Assembly: GCA_024274875.1 (NCBI GenBank)
Contig: JAJSAH010000020.1
Location: 3,897 to 67,896 of the forward strand
Origin: an archaeon
GTDB lineage: Archaea; Micrarchaeota; Micrarchaeia; CAILAH01
Length of the DNA: 64,000 nucleotides
Reading direction: 5' to 3'
Below the pieces are notes generated by a model that saw only the letters and a list, made by a program, of their open reading frames with translations, had not been told where the DNA came from and ran no database searches. The position numbers and the translations under genes are program-made. Positions 54,201-64,000 of this stretch are shown here, one piece after another (positions within the stretch are counted from its first letter, which is position 1; each line of letters begins with the position of its first letter).

Positions 54201-57026
54201 CTATATCTTCCTGTATATGCGGATTGGCAATACGCCCAATCCCTTAACATCTTCCGGATAAACCTGCTCGAACCCATCCAGCTGCCCTAAAAAGAATGCC
54301 TTGTAGAACACTGAATCATATCCTTTAAGAGGGGCATCATCGATGCTGTCATTAGTGTATACCATAAGAAATTCTGAATATCTCCGGCCGTCAAACGTCC
54401 TATCCCCTACCTTCAAAGGAATCACACTTAATTGTTTGCCGGTCTGCGCATCAAAAACAAAGAGCATTCTGTCCTGTTCGAGCACGCAGTATGTGCCCAA
54501 TACCCTGCCATTGTATATTGAAAATGATAGCTTGCCGTAGGTTTGAGAGAATTGGTCAAGCACGCACATCTCGTTGATCGTTGGATTGTTTGGGACATAA
54601 ATCCTCTCAAATTGGTATGATGCGCTGCACTCCGATTCATAAGGCATTTCAGTTGGAGATGTCTCATTATTGTACACGCATGACAGATAAGTTAATGCGC
54701 CCCATTTGCCTATCAAATCCATATCAAACAGCGCGTATGTTGAATTTCTCGAGTCCATGTATTCTTTAAGCGCTTCAGGAGTGTTTGCAACAAACTTGTC
54801 GGCAACCTCTAAATCAAGTATGACAAACGGGTGGTCGTTTCGGGTTACCGTGCGCTGCCTGCCAAAGTAATTTGTCCAATGCCCATAATCCCACCACGAG
54901 ATCACATAAGAATCATCATTTACATTGTCACGAAGCCATTCCATCGCATCATACCAATAATTAGGGATTACATTGCAGTAAATAACCGATAAGTATGCTG
55001 AACCGCTGCTCCTAACATCACTGCAAAACTTAACAACGCTCGCATGATCGGTAATATTTATAGACGCATAACTTATTGAGTGCGGTATTACTGTGATATT
55101 GTTCAGCGCAAACGGAAGCAAGAGCACTACCATGCTCATCGCAAACACGCGGTCCAACTTGCCTTCCCTATACCATTCATGGCTGTAATACAGAACAACT
55201 GCGAGGACGATCGCAAAGAGCACATAGTATGCCGGATTGGAAGTTGCAAAGAACGGAATTGACCCGTCACCTATGAAATAAGTTATGAATCCCCATGAGT
55301 ATGAAAGAGCTGCATATCCAGCTATCACTAAGAGAATAACGCCAGCATAATACCCTAAATGCCTCTGCCATCCTTTTGAATCCTTGCTCTTCGCAGATTC
55401 ATAAGCTTCTGAAGCAACGCACGCAAGCGCAAGCGCAAGAACAAGACCCAAATGCGGCGTGTATTTTATCTTCTGCAATCCAATCCACGATACAGAAACA
55501 ATGAATATGAAAAGCAGCAAAGTTAACGAGAACTTGCGGCGCAGGATGCTTGACACAAATGAAAGCACTAACAGCAAGTATATGAGAGGAACTGCGGCGA
55601 GCGACCCATATTTTGATATGAATTTTGAAGTTATTTTGCTAACATCAAGGGAAATTCCAACATACCCAAACCTATTCTGCAGATAACTGCTGTAAAGGTT
55701 TTCTTCTGCAACGGTTTTTTGGAGCGCGCTCGTAGTGCTAAGCTGGCCGACTCCTGAGAGATAGCCTAAATAATTCAATACAGGATGACCCAAAGGCGTT
55801 GCAAGGAACAGCGCTCCAATCAATCCGATGCCGCACAGCGCGTATGCTCTTTTCTTCATCGTGGTTAAGTGACTCTTCCCTCTATCAAGCAAATGATATG
55901 TGAAGAATGAAAATGCAGACGCAAGCAAAATCACTATAGTCATCGCATTGGGCATCAGACCTGCTGAACCTCTCATGTACAAATCAAACAGCAAGTTTGA
56001 TGCATAAGTGAAAACCGCAAGCACCGCAGGAAACTCATAGTAGAATTTATCGCGCTTGTTATGCAGGAAATCATGCGCAGCAAGGATTGCAATGTATGCT
56101 GAGCCAATAACAACAGGCATCATGCCGGCTTTTGAGCCGAGCACTGCGCCAAGCACCGCGATTATTGCAGGTATATAATAAATGCGGTCGTTCTTATGCT
56201 TCACTGCAAAGTATATGAACGCAATGCCTGCGACCGCAGCATAAATTCCCCATGGGAGCTGCTCGGCAACCCCTGCAAGAAATTTTGTAAAGAGCGCAGG
56301 CATGAACGCAACCGCGAAAGCAGCTGCAACAGCAAGCCAATTTGAATATTCATCTTTAAACAGCATATAAACCAAAAATGCGACCAACCCTATCAACAAT
56401 GGGGGGTAAACATTTGATATAACAGCATTGTATAAATGGTTATAGTTGAATCCAAGAGCAAGCGAGTACCAAATTGCAGTGAGGTATTGAGGAACGGGCA
56501 GCACTCTATGATTAATCAACCTAAGCTGGTAATCCTGCCCATTATGGTGGATCACTTCATTGCTCGCGTATGCAAGGTCATCATGCATAGGCACAGAACC
56601 CTGCGTTATGAGAAATTCAGGAATCATCATGTAGTAATATGGGTCAAATTCATAGAAATACGATGATAACGATTGAACATGCAGGTAAAATGACGCGAGA
56701 AATATCAATAAGACAACAATAGAGGATTTTGAAAAATTAAAATGATATTCTTGCAGTTTGAACTTCCCTGCAATAATTAAATACGCTGAAATTGATAACG
56801 GAATCAAAAAAATGATTGCAATCAAAAGCATGGAAAATGAGATTAAAAAATTGAGCAGCCAAGCAATAACCGGGCTCGCCATAATAGAGAGCACGAGGGA
56901 TAACAATCCCAACTCAATTAAATTATACTTATGCTTTCTAAAAATGTAACCTACGAGCGGAATGTAAAATGCCACAAACGCTACTAAGTTTATTATGCCA
57001 CCAGGAATCAAACTAATTAAGTTCAT
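54201..57026 (-). CDS. aglB: Oligosaccharyltransferase AglB (STT3)
   Basis: EFDPYY, TVAEE, WWDYGHW, many TM helices. Confidence 0.92.
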   Translation of the reverse strand: MNLISLIPGGIINLVAFVAFYIPLVGYIFRKHKYNLIELGLLSLVLSIMASPVIAWLLNFLISFSMLLIAIIFLIPLSISAYLIIAGKFKLQEYHFNFSKSSIVVLLIFLASFYLHVQSLSSYFYEFDPYYYMMIPEFLITQGSVPMHDDLAYASNEVIHHNGQDYQLRLINHRVLPVPQYLTAIWYSLALGFNYNHLYNAVISNVYPPLLIGLVAFLVYMLFKDEYSNWLAVAAAFAVAFMPALFTKFLAGVAEQLPWGIYAAVAGIAFIYFAVKHKNDRIYYIPAIIAVLGAVLGSKAGMMPVVIGSAYIAILAAHDFLHNKRDKFYYEFPAVLAVFTYASNLLFDLYMRGSAGLMPNAMTIVILLASAFSFFTYHLLDRGKSHLTTMKKRAYALCGIGLIGALFLATPLGHPVLNYLGYLSGVGQLSTTSALQKTVAEENLYSSYLQNRFGYVGISLDVSKITSKFISKYGSLAAVPLIYLLLVLSFVSSILRRKFSLTLLLFIFIVSVSWIGLQKIKYTPHLGLVLALALACVASEAYESAKSKDSKGWQRHLGYYAGVILLVIAGYAALSYSWGFITYFIGDGSIPFFATSNPAYYVLFAIVLAVVLYYSHEWYREGKLDRVFAMSMVVLLLPFALNNITVIPHSISYASINITDHASVVKFCSDVRSSGSAYLSVIYCNVIPNYWYDAMEWLRDNVNDDSYVISWWDYGHWTNYFGRQRTVTRNDHPFVILDLEVADKFVANTPEALKEYMDSRNSTYALFDMDLIGKWGALTYLSCVYNNETSPTEMPYESECSASYQFERIYVPNNPTINEMCVLDQFSQTYGKLSFSIYNGRVLGTYCVLEQDRMLFVFDAQTGKQLSVIPLKVGDRTFDGRRYSEFLMVYTNDSIDDAPLKGYDSVFYKAFFLGQLDGFEQVYPEDVKGLGVLPIRIYRKI

Positions 57027-57095
57027 AACGGAAATTTTGATAATGATATTTTATTAAATTAACACGCATATAACTTTGTGCTAAAGGTGGTATGA

Positions 57096-57593
57096 GTGAA
57101 TAAAGTTTTGTTATTGGGAGGCGCTGTGCTATTTGCAGCGTTGTTGTTCGGGTGCATTGGAGGAGAACCCAACCAGGGGCCTGGGATAGGCACGCCAGCT
57201 GGAGGCGGAGGAATGCAGGTGCAGCAGGCAGCGCCGCAGAAATGCGTTATCATGGATAAGGAGAGCGGATACCAGTATACATACTATTTCGATGGCAAAG
57301 GAAACATGCGAATGGAAGCTACAATGGAAGGCGAGCATGTCGTGATGATAACAAAAGATAATATGGTGTATCAAGCTGTAAGCGGTGACGATTCGCAGTG
57401 CGATTGGATGAGCATAGAAATGGGCACGCAAGGCGGCACATTGGGGATTACTGGATACGATGATATTAATAACATCGAAATGGTGCAACCTCAGCTTTCC
57501 GTAGATTGCACGAACATTCCTCTTGATGAGAGCATGTTTACGCCTTCCGGAAAAATCTGCTCTATGGAAGACATGTTCGGAGCATACCAATAA
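57096..57593 (+). CDS. Putative lipoprotein
   Basis: Lipobox LLFGC; CDW and C.......F.P.G..C motifs; T-rich terminator follows. Confidence 0.75.
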   Translation: MNKVLLLGGAVLFAALLFGCIGGEPNQGPGIGTPAGGGGMQVQQAAPQKCVIMDKESGYQYTYYFDGKGNMRMEATMEGEHVVMITKDNMVYQAVSGDDSQCDWMSIEMGTQGGTLGITGYDDINNIEMVQPQLSVDCTNIPLDESMFTPSGKICSMEDMFGAYQ

Positions 57594-57633
57594 TTTAATT
57601 TTTTTATTTTTGCAAAGGTTTAAGGTTGATTTT

Positions 57634-58668
57634 ATGGGGCTAATCGATGATGCGAAAAATCTCGGGACTGATGATGCAATCAACTTGCTCGAAAAAAACG
57701 GAAAGGAATATAAGGAGCTCATGCACCTTGCTGACCTGTACATGAAAAAAGGTGAGCACGAAAAACTCCTTAAACTGCTCAACAGAATAATCAGTGAAAA
57801 TGGCCCTTCAAAAGGGCTGTTAATGAAAAGAAGCGTGGTATTGTTCAAACTCAACAGGAAACAAGATGCGCTGAAAGATATACTAAAGGCAAGAGAGATA
57901 GATAAGAATGATGTTGCAGTCATAAAAGGGTTGATAGATGTGAATGCATCGCTCGGCAATTATGAGAAAGCGATGGAGGAGATTGAAGCGCTCGAAAGGA
58001 TGAATGAGGTTGACCAGGGGATAAAAGAGAGAAAAAGCAATCTGCTTAAACTAATCAAACTGAAAGCGGAATCAGACAAGCATAACTTTCTGCTCGATGC
58101 AGTCAGAGAGAATATGAAAAATGAGAGATTGCTCATTGCAAAATCGTTGTTAAGCAAAATAGATGAGAGGAAAACTACTGAATATTATGAAACAGCATGC
58201 GTTCTCTACCGCAAGTTGGGGATGCCGCATGAGGTTATTCAAATTGCCAAAGAAGCCATCGAAAAAGAATTATATGATAATAAAGTTCTCAGAGCATATG
58301 CATTCGCGCTGATGGACCTTCACAAATTCAGAGAGGCAGTGAAAGTGTTCGACGAAATGCTTGAAAATGAGAATGATGATCCGCGCGCATACGCAGACCG
58401 CGCAATCGCAAGAGCCAATATTGGAGAGTTTGATGGCGCGCTGGAAGATATAAACAAAGCGATACAAATTGATCCTATGAGAGATATATTTTACATCAGA
58501 AAGGGTGATATTATCGCGCGCATAAATGGCGTTGAGAAAAGCCTGCAATACTATAATAAAGCCATAGAAGTCAATCCGCTGAATGCAGAAGCGCACGAAA
58601 GAAAGGAAAATGCGGAATCAATACTCAACCGCAGAGCAGGCAAGCACGATGAAAAACTGTTCAGGTGA
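57634..58668 (+). CDS. TPR-repeat protein
   Basis: Repeated A......G....A...Y.KAI..DP/NP; start ATG 57634. Confidence 0.85.
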   Translation: MGLIDDAKNLGTDDAINLLEKNGKEYKELMHLADLYMKKGEHEKLLKLLNRIISENGPSKGLLMKRSVVLFKLNRKQDALKDILKAREIDKNDVAVIKGLIDVNASLGNYEKAMEEIEALERMNEVDQGIKERKSNLLKLIKLKAESDKHNFLLDAVRENMKNERLLIAKSLLSKIDERKTTEYYETACVLYRKLGMPHEVIQIAKEAIEKELYDNKVLRAYAFALMDLHKFREAVKVFDEMLENENDDPRAYADRAIARANIGEFDGALEDINKAIQIDPMRDIFYIRKGDIIARINGVEKSLQYYNKAIEVNPLNAEAHERKENAESILNRRAGKHDEKLFR

Positions 58669-58689
58669 ACGCAGGAGGAGTGCAGCAGT

Positions 58690-59889
58690 ATGTTGATTGG
58701 CGTTGTTGGAAAACCAAATGTTGGAAAATCAACCTTCTTCCAAGCGTTGACTATGGCACCTGCGCAGAGAGCTAATTATCCCTTCACAACAATAGATGCT
58801 AATAGGGGAGTAGGGTATGTTGAGATCGAATGCGTAGATAAAGAGTTCGGTATTAGGTGCAACCCACGGCATGGATTTTGCGAAAATGGCAGGAGGTTTG
58901 TCCCAGTGGAAGTGATGGATGTTGCAGGGCTGGTCCCAGGCGCGCATGAAGGAAAAGGGTTGGGCAATAAATTTCTTGATGATTTAAGGCAGGCGGATGC
59001 GCTTATACACATCATCGATGCAAGCGGAAGCACTAATGAGAATGGCGAACCTGTGCAACCCGGATCCTATGACCCAGTAAATGATGTGAAATTTCTTGAA
59101 GAAGAACTGGATTACTGGATAAAAGGGATACTGAATAAAAACTGGGCAAAATTAAGCAGGCTTGAAAAAACAACATCGCGCGATAAGGCTAACCTACTGA
59201 GTGAGCAGTTGAGCGGACTTAAAATCAGCCAGCCGGAGATTTTGGATGCGCTCAAAGAATCAGAAGTTGATGAAAAGGATCTGGAAAGCTGGAATGAAAA
59301 TGAGAAGATTAAGTTTTGCAGGAGCGTGCGCAAAGCAAGCAAACCTATGGTGATTGCAGCAAACAAATGCGATATGCCAGCTGCTAAGGAAAACATTGAG
59401 CGTTTAAAAAAAGCATTCCCTGAATATATCATAGTGCCTGTATCTGCTGAGAGCGAGCTCGTGCTTAAAGAAGCGGCAAAAAAAGGAATGATTAAATACA
59501 CGCCTGGCGATTCGGAGTTTGAGGTGTCTAACCCACAGCAGTTGAACGAGAAACAGGTAAGGGCGCTTGAATTCATATCAAAAAATGTGCTCAAAATATA
59601 CGGCAGCACAGGAGTTCAAAGATGCATCAATGCAGCAGTGTTTGACATGTTGAAATATATTGCAGTATTCCCTGGAGGAGTGAGCAAGCTTGCTGATGCA
59701 GAGGGAAATGTGCTTCCAGATGTATTTTTAATGCCGCCTAAAAGCACAGCGCTCGATTTTGCAGAAAGAATTCATAAGGATATGGCTAAGCATTTCATAC
59801 GCGCAATAGATGTAAAAACTAAAAGAGCGCTTGGAGCGGATTACGCGCTGAAGCATAGGGATGTTATAGAAATCGTATTTGGAAGATAA
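58690..59889 (+). CDS. ychF: YchF/Obg-family ATPase/GTPase with TGS domain
   Basis: GKPNVGKST, NYPFTT, DVAGLVPGAH.GKGLGNKFLDD, NKCD, D.A..IH.D. Confidence 0.94.
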   Translation: MLIGVVGKPNVGKSTFFQALTMAPAQRANYPFTTIDANRGVGYVEIECVDKEFGIRCNPRHGFCENGRRFVPVEVMDVAGLVPGAHEGKGLGNKFLDDLRQADALIHIIDASGSTNENGEPVQPGSYDPVNDVKFLEEELDYWIKGILNKNWAKLSRLEKTTSRDKANLLSEQLSGLKISQPEILDALKESEVDEKDLESWNENEKIKFCRSVRKASKPMVIAANKCDMPAAKENIERLKKAFPEYIIVPVSAESELVLKEAAKKGMIKYTPGDSEFEVSNPQQLNEKQVRALEFISKNVLKIYGSTGVQRCINAAVFDMLKYIAVFPGGVSKLADAEGNVLPDVFLMPPKSTALDFAERIHKDMAKHFIRAIDVKTKRALGADYALKHRDVIEIVFGR

Positions 59890-59920
59890 AAATAAAAAGA
59901 GGAGCTTCATAATAAAAAAG

Positions 59921-60643
59921 ATGAAAACGAAAATTATTGTTGCGGTGATCCTTGGATTGTTTGTTCTTTTCTCTGGATGCATCAACCTCAATCCAGAGCA
60001 GGTTAAAGATTAAATAAAGGATAATGTTGAAAATGCATCCGAACAGGCGCAGGATATTGTTGAGAATGCTGGCGAGACATTATCGCAAACGACATTGGAA
60101 ACTGCAATGTCAAGCGGCGTGGCGTATGAATGCACAGCAATATCTGAAAATGAAGGGCAGACGTATACAGCTCATTATTGGGTTCACGGAGATAAGTTCA
60201 AAATAGAAATGAATCCATCTAATGGCATAACCCTTACTGCAATCGTAAAAGACGATAAGATATACACTAAATCAATATATGGTAATGCAATGCAGTATAA
60301 CGGGGTTAGATGCGACTGGATAATGATGGAAAAACAGCATGAGCAAACTTACGATGGCGCGCATGAATATGATGCGAATATAGATAATTTTGAAGTAATG
60401 AGCAGTGCGCAATCCGCAAAAGTAAATGTAGAATGTCATCCATCAACTTTTGGCGATGATGTGTTCAACCCTGAGGGCAATGTATGCGATCTCAGCGAGA
60501 TGATGGGACAACTTAATAATGGGAACATGCAAGAACCGCCTCAGCAAAGCTATGAAAATAACATAGGACCTAAAGAATGCAACGGGCTCAGCGGCCAGGA
60601 AATGATGGATTGCTTGCAAAATTATATGGACCAAATGGAATAA
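59921..60643 (+). pseudogene. Lipoprotein paralogue of 57096-57593 interrupted by an in-frame TAA at 60011-60013
   Basis: MKTKIIVAVILGLFVLFSGC...QVKD*IKDNV... continues in the same frame into the 60095-60643 ORF. Confidence 0.7.
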
Positions 60644-60671
60644 TTTTTCTATTTTTAATTTTGCAAGTGAT

Positions 60672-61682
60672 TTAGGGGTTTGCTGAATTGTACGCTTCAT
60701 CATATTCTTCTTTCGACACGAACTTTGCTCTGACATAAAATCTTCCCGCATACCACTTCCCACCAGCGCAATTTCTGTGGTCTATCCAATAATTATCATT
60801 GCTAGCCGCTGCTGAACCTGCCTGGCATGCAATGATATATTGGTCTCCAATGATTTGGGATCTCCCAGGCAAGGGAAGATCTATTACGCGCAGCTTATTT
60901 ATGTTTGTAATCAGACCGTAATATACATATGATGCATCAGCACTTATTCTGCACAAGTCATCAAAAGCATTTAAATCGCCATTCATCGCGAATAGTTCGC
61001 TATTTCCTATTACATGGGAAGGTATGTTGTGATCCATGCATATCTGATGCACTGCCCTAAACACATCACATCCTGAAATGTTGTTCTCTTCACATTCTTC
61101 AAAAGAATCCCTTGCGTTCGCAAATTCCGTGTATGTGCTTGAATCCCCTGGCACCCAGTTTTCAGGAGCATACGGATCGTAGTTATTTTCTTCTTCATAA
61201 TGCATCCTTTCATTGGATTCAACCGCGATGCCATCATTCTCGCCAACAAGTCTTTCATCCTCAAATAATGAATCCCTTTCAAATCCCTGCTCGCTTTGAT
61301 CGAGCAGTTCAATACCTAAATCACTCCTCAATTCGAAGTTCTCAAGTTGCTGTTCTTTTCCATCGCGCAAATCAACGGAATCAACTCGCGCATCTGGCTC
61401 GAATGCATCTGCGTCCCTATTCTCGCTTATTTTCTCAAATCTTCGGTCCTGCTCTTGGTCAGCATGCTCCAACTCAATGCGCAGACCATCATTAAAACTA
61501 CTGCGATGCGATGGGACAACTGAGCCGGAATCGCATGCGCTAAAATTACATATGCCTGCCAAGCTCATCGCAATGCTTATTGCATACCTCTTGGGCTTCT
61601 TTAAGATTGTTTCGCATAATAAACGCGCTTTCGCGAATCTCTTTTCTTTTGGAACAATAATAGGCTGGCTAAAAATATGCAT
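60672..61682 (-). CDS. Hypothetical exported or lipoprotein-like protein (tandem paralogue A)
   Basis: Basic leader, hydrophobic stretch ending FSAC, acidic linker, Y.P.NW...ANA.D...EC domain. Confidence 0.7.
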   Translation of the reverse strand: MHIFSQPIIVPKEKRFAKARLLCETILKKPKRYAISIAMSLAGICNFSACDSGSVVPSHRSSFNDGLRIELEHADQEQDRRFEKISENRDADAFEPDARVDSVDLRDGKEQQLENFELRSDLGIELLDQSEQGFERDSLFEDERLVGENDGIAVESNERMHYEEENNYDPYAPENWVPGDSSTYTEFANARDSFEECEENNISGCDVFRAVHQICMDHNIPSHVIGNSELFAMNGDLNAFDDLCRISADASYVYYGLITNINKLRVIDLPLPGRSQIIGDQYIIACQAGSAAASNDNYWIDHRNCAGGKWYAGRFYVRAKFVSKEEYDEAYNSANP

Positions 61683-61783
61683 ATGTCAACACCAAATATA
61701 ATTTCTCATCAGGCACTTATAAACATTTCTTTAATTCCTTTATGCTACTGCGGAACGCATGAAAAATAAAAAATTAATAGATG

Positions 61784-62602
61784 TTAGTACCTCGCCTTGA
61801 ACTCCTCAAACAGTGCTTTGTCAATAACTGCAATGTTTGCATAATATTTTCCTTCAAAAACATCTGGGTTGAAATGCCCTTCTCCAATCGAACCAATCTG
61901 GCAACCAACTGCATAATGATCATTGTTATCGCTGTATGTTCCAGGGATAGGGAAATTCTTCGTATCATACATTCCTAATGGTTTGCTTATTTTTGTCTTT
62001 ATAACATATCTGCCACTGCTTAAATACAAATTACCCATAGTCACAGTCGGAGCAGACCCTTCACCGACAAGGAGTTCAATCGCAGATCCTCTGGTTATTG
62101 CCACGAATTTCATATCGTACCCTTCTACTCCATAGGTCTCAATACCGTCAAAGTTCTCTGTGCATATTGCATCAATCATCTTCTTAAAATCGCAATATGA
62201 GCCAGAATCGCACTCTGCCGCCCTGTCGCCTGCATTAGCCATATCTATATAATCATCAACCAAATCGGGGCGAAGCCAATTCTTAGGGTTATAGTGCTCA
62301 TCAGTGTACTGCTTTTCAGATGATTCATTCTCATAACTCTCCTGGCCATTTTCACTGAACGTGCCTGCATCGCTCTCATAACTCTCTGAGACCTCTGCGT
62401 CGCGACTGCCACTTGCACTGCCATTGCCACCGCAGGATACTGAGAAAGTTACGCCTGCCGCCAACGACAACACAGCAAGCATTCTTGCTGACCTGCCAGC
62501 TGTGCGCTTCCACGCATCCTTAAACCTGCTGAACAGCGTGCGCCTGCGCACTGAATGCGTATCTTCCTCTATACGCTTAATATTAGCAGCCATACTTTTC
62601 AT
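61784..62602 (-). CDS. Hypothetical exported or lipoprotein-like protein (tandem paralogue B)
   Basis: Basic leader, hydrophobic stretch ending SVSC, S/E linker, same Cys domain; GGTG RBS before ATG 62602. Confidence 0.7.
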   Translation of the reverse strand: MKSMAANIKRIEEDTHSVRRRTLFSRFKDAWKRTAGRSARMLAVLSLAAGVTFSVSCGGNGSASGSRDAEVSESYESDAGTFSENGQESYENESSEKQYTDEHYNPKNWLRPDLVDDYIDMANAGDRAAECDSGSYCDFKKMIDAICTENFDGIETYGVEGYDMKFVAITRGSAIELLVGEGSAPTVTMGNLYLSSGRYVIKTKISKPLGMYDTKNFPIPGTYSDNNDHYAVGCQIGSIGEGHFNPDVFEGKYYANIAVIDKALFEEFKARY

Positions 62603-62705
62603 AATCACACCATACTTATAAGCATTGGTTATATTTATATAATTTGCGATTCTGTGCATGCTAAGAACATCACATTTGAACAATTTGCATGAAGAAAGCA
62701 AATAA

Positions 62706-63119
62706 TTAGCCAACTGGAACCCGCGCCTTAACTTCAAGAAAATGCCTGCCTGAAACATTGGTCGCATTAACTGAATGCGGTGTTAGGCGGGCTGTTTTAA
62801 CAATTGCATAGCCGTCTTCAGTTTCTTTAAGAGTATGAAGCAGTATTGGAAAATGAACGTTGAACATCCAAAATGATTCATCAACCGGCTTATCATACAC
62901 AAATAAAATTCCCTCATCATCTTCAACATCCGCAGGATCCCTGAACATATAGCCTATGCTCCGCGATATTGCATTATCAGCGATGTATGCTTTAATTGTC
63001 CTGTTGCCAACTTTAATGTATTCATGCTTAGAGTACGGGCTCGAAATAAGCAACAGAGGCAACATTAAGATGAATAACAACGAAACAACAAAACTTTTGC
63101 CAAACAGAGAGACAATCAT
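62706..63119 (-). CDS. DUF192 family protein
   Basis: IAD....R..GYMFR, GILFVY, FWM.NV.FP, LEV; N-terminal anchor. Confidence 0.85.
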   Translation of the reverse strand: MIVSLFGKSFVVSLLFILMLPLLLISSPYSKHEYIKVGNRTIKAYIADNAISRSIGYMFRDPADVEDDEGILFVYDKPVDESFWMFNVHFPILLHTLKETEDGYAIVKTARLTPHSVNATNVSGRHFLEVKARVPVG

Positions 63120-64000
63120 ATGAAACTGAACCTCTTGCTAAGCTGGTTTGACAGAGATAATTCCTCATAAGGATACATCGCAGTTTTCTCAGAAACTTCT
63201 GTTATTAGTTCATCAACAGTCATCGATAACTGCTCTCTGCTGCCTCTCTTCCTTACCGCAACAGTGCCTTTCGCCGCCTCCTCTTTCCCAACAACAGCTA
63301 TGTACGGCACCCATTCCTTCTCTGCCTCTCTTATTCTCTTGCCCAAACTCTCATTCCTGTCATCAACATCCGCGCGAACTTTCCCTCTCATATTATGCAC
63401 AATGCCGCGCGCGTAATCTACCTGGTCCGCAGACACAGGGATAACCCTAACCTGCGTAGGCGCGAGCCACAACGGAAACATAGGCACACCGCCGCTTGAC
63501 TTAACCATGCCCTGTTTTTCCAAAACAGCATATATGTCCCGCTCAATCGCGCCACTTATGCTTGCGTGAAGTATATACGGCCTTTTTTTGGAACCATCGC
63601 TCGAAACGTAACTTATGTTGAACCTTTCAGCATTTTCAACATCAATCTGCACTGTGGAAAGCGCAGTGCATTTATCCAAACTGTCAACCACATTGAACTC
63701 AAATTTGGTTATGAAATATGCGTATCTTTTATCGAACATTTCTATTAACATTGGTTTTCCAACCTTCTTCGCAAACTCAGCATACCACTCCCTGTTTTGC
63801 TCATACCATTCGCGCAGTATCCTAAACGCAACGACATAAGAAATATCTATATCTGACATAAACGATTGGCACATTTCGAACTGCTTGCCAAACTCCTCCT
63901 TTGCTGAGTTAAGGTCAACAGTAAGAGTGTGCATATCAGGCATGGTGAATGCGCGAAGCCTTCTCAACCCTGCAACCTCACCGCTCTGTTCTCTCCTGAA
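63116..64000 (-). CDS. thrS: Threonyl-tRNA synthetase, C-terminal part (runs off the window)
   Basis: GL.RLRAFTMPDMH, STVQID, LHASISG.IER, PLWLAPTQVR, anticodon-binding domain DDR.ESLGKRIR.AE.EWVPY. Confidence 0.95.
   Translation of the reverse strand, partial: FRREQSGEVAGLRRLRAFTMPDMHTLTVDLNSAKEEFGKQFEMCQSFMSDIDISYVVAFRILREWYEQNREWYAEFAKKVGKPMLIEMFDKRYAYFITKFEFNVVDSLDKCTALSTVQIDVENAERFNISYVSSDGSKKRPYILHASISGAIERDIYAVLEKQGMVKSSGGVPMFPLWLAPTQVRVIPVSADQVDYARGIVHNMRGKVRADVDDRNESLGKRIREAEKEWVPYIAVVGKEEAAKGTVAVRKRGSREQLSMTVDELITEVSEKTAMYPYEELSLSNQLSKRFSFI

Noticed and set aside
57129-57959. 276-aa minus-strand ORF and other antisense ORFs (for example 47341-48057, 48319-49065, 17875-18495)
   Set aside because: They lie opposite well-supported genes, have Ser/Phe/Leu-rich shadow composition and no motifs.
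60011-60013. Stop-codon reassignment, selenocysteine or pyrrolysine
   Set aside because: The codon is TAA, which terminates many conserved genes in this window; Sec and Pyl use TGA and TAG.

Overview
Archaeal chromosomal window. The archaeal histone, TFE, PCNA, AglB, aTrm56, archaeal/eukaryote-type ribosomal proteins and GGTG(A) ribosome-binding sites show this. The compact layout and many orphan surface proteins suggest a DPANN lineage such as Micrarchaeota (inference). Bases 1-10.9 kb hold ftsY and the complete archaeal spc-type operon (uS17 to eL14), including a uS14 missed by the ORF track. Bases 11-26.5 kb are housekeeping genes mixed with oddities: histone, nuclease-less Hef helicase, RNase HIII-type enzyme, speD-speE, a solo HerA-like ATPase, two CPA2 antiporters, a tRNA-Arg(TCG) with two introns (one is a 162-nt tandem-repeat intron in the T-loop), TFE, a processive GT2, SRP54, a PHPT1/Janus-like ORF and a KaiC-like ATPase. 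The best candidate for an undescribed system is a tightly packed minus-strand operon of about 20.5 kb (47040->26563). It encodes six tandem paralogous CedA/VirB6-like membrane proteins, an anchored exported protein, a 2807-aa lipoprotein with cupredoxin-like repeats and two Cys-rich repeat proteins (knottin-like spacing, dockerin-like motifs). A 1042-aa membrane/coiled-coil protein is transcribed divergently from it. It may be a cell-contact or uptake apparatus. Bases 50-64 kb hold trm56, DUF59, PCNA, gdhA, aglB, a TPR protein, ychF, paralogous lipoproteins (one broken by an in-frame TAA), DUF192 and the 3' part of thrS. All family calls are by motif recognition only; no searches were run.
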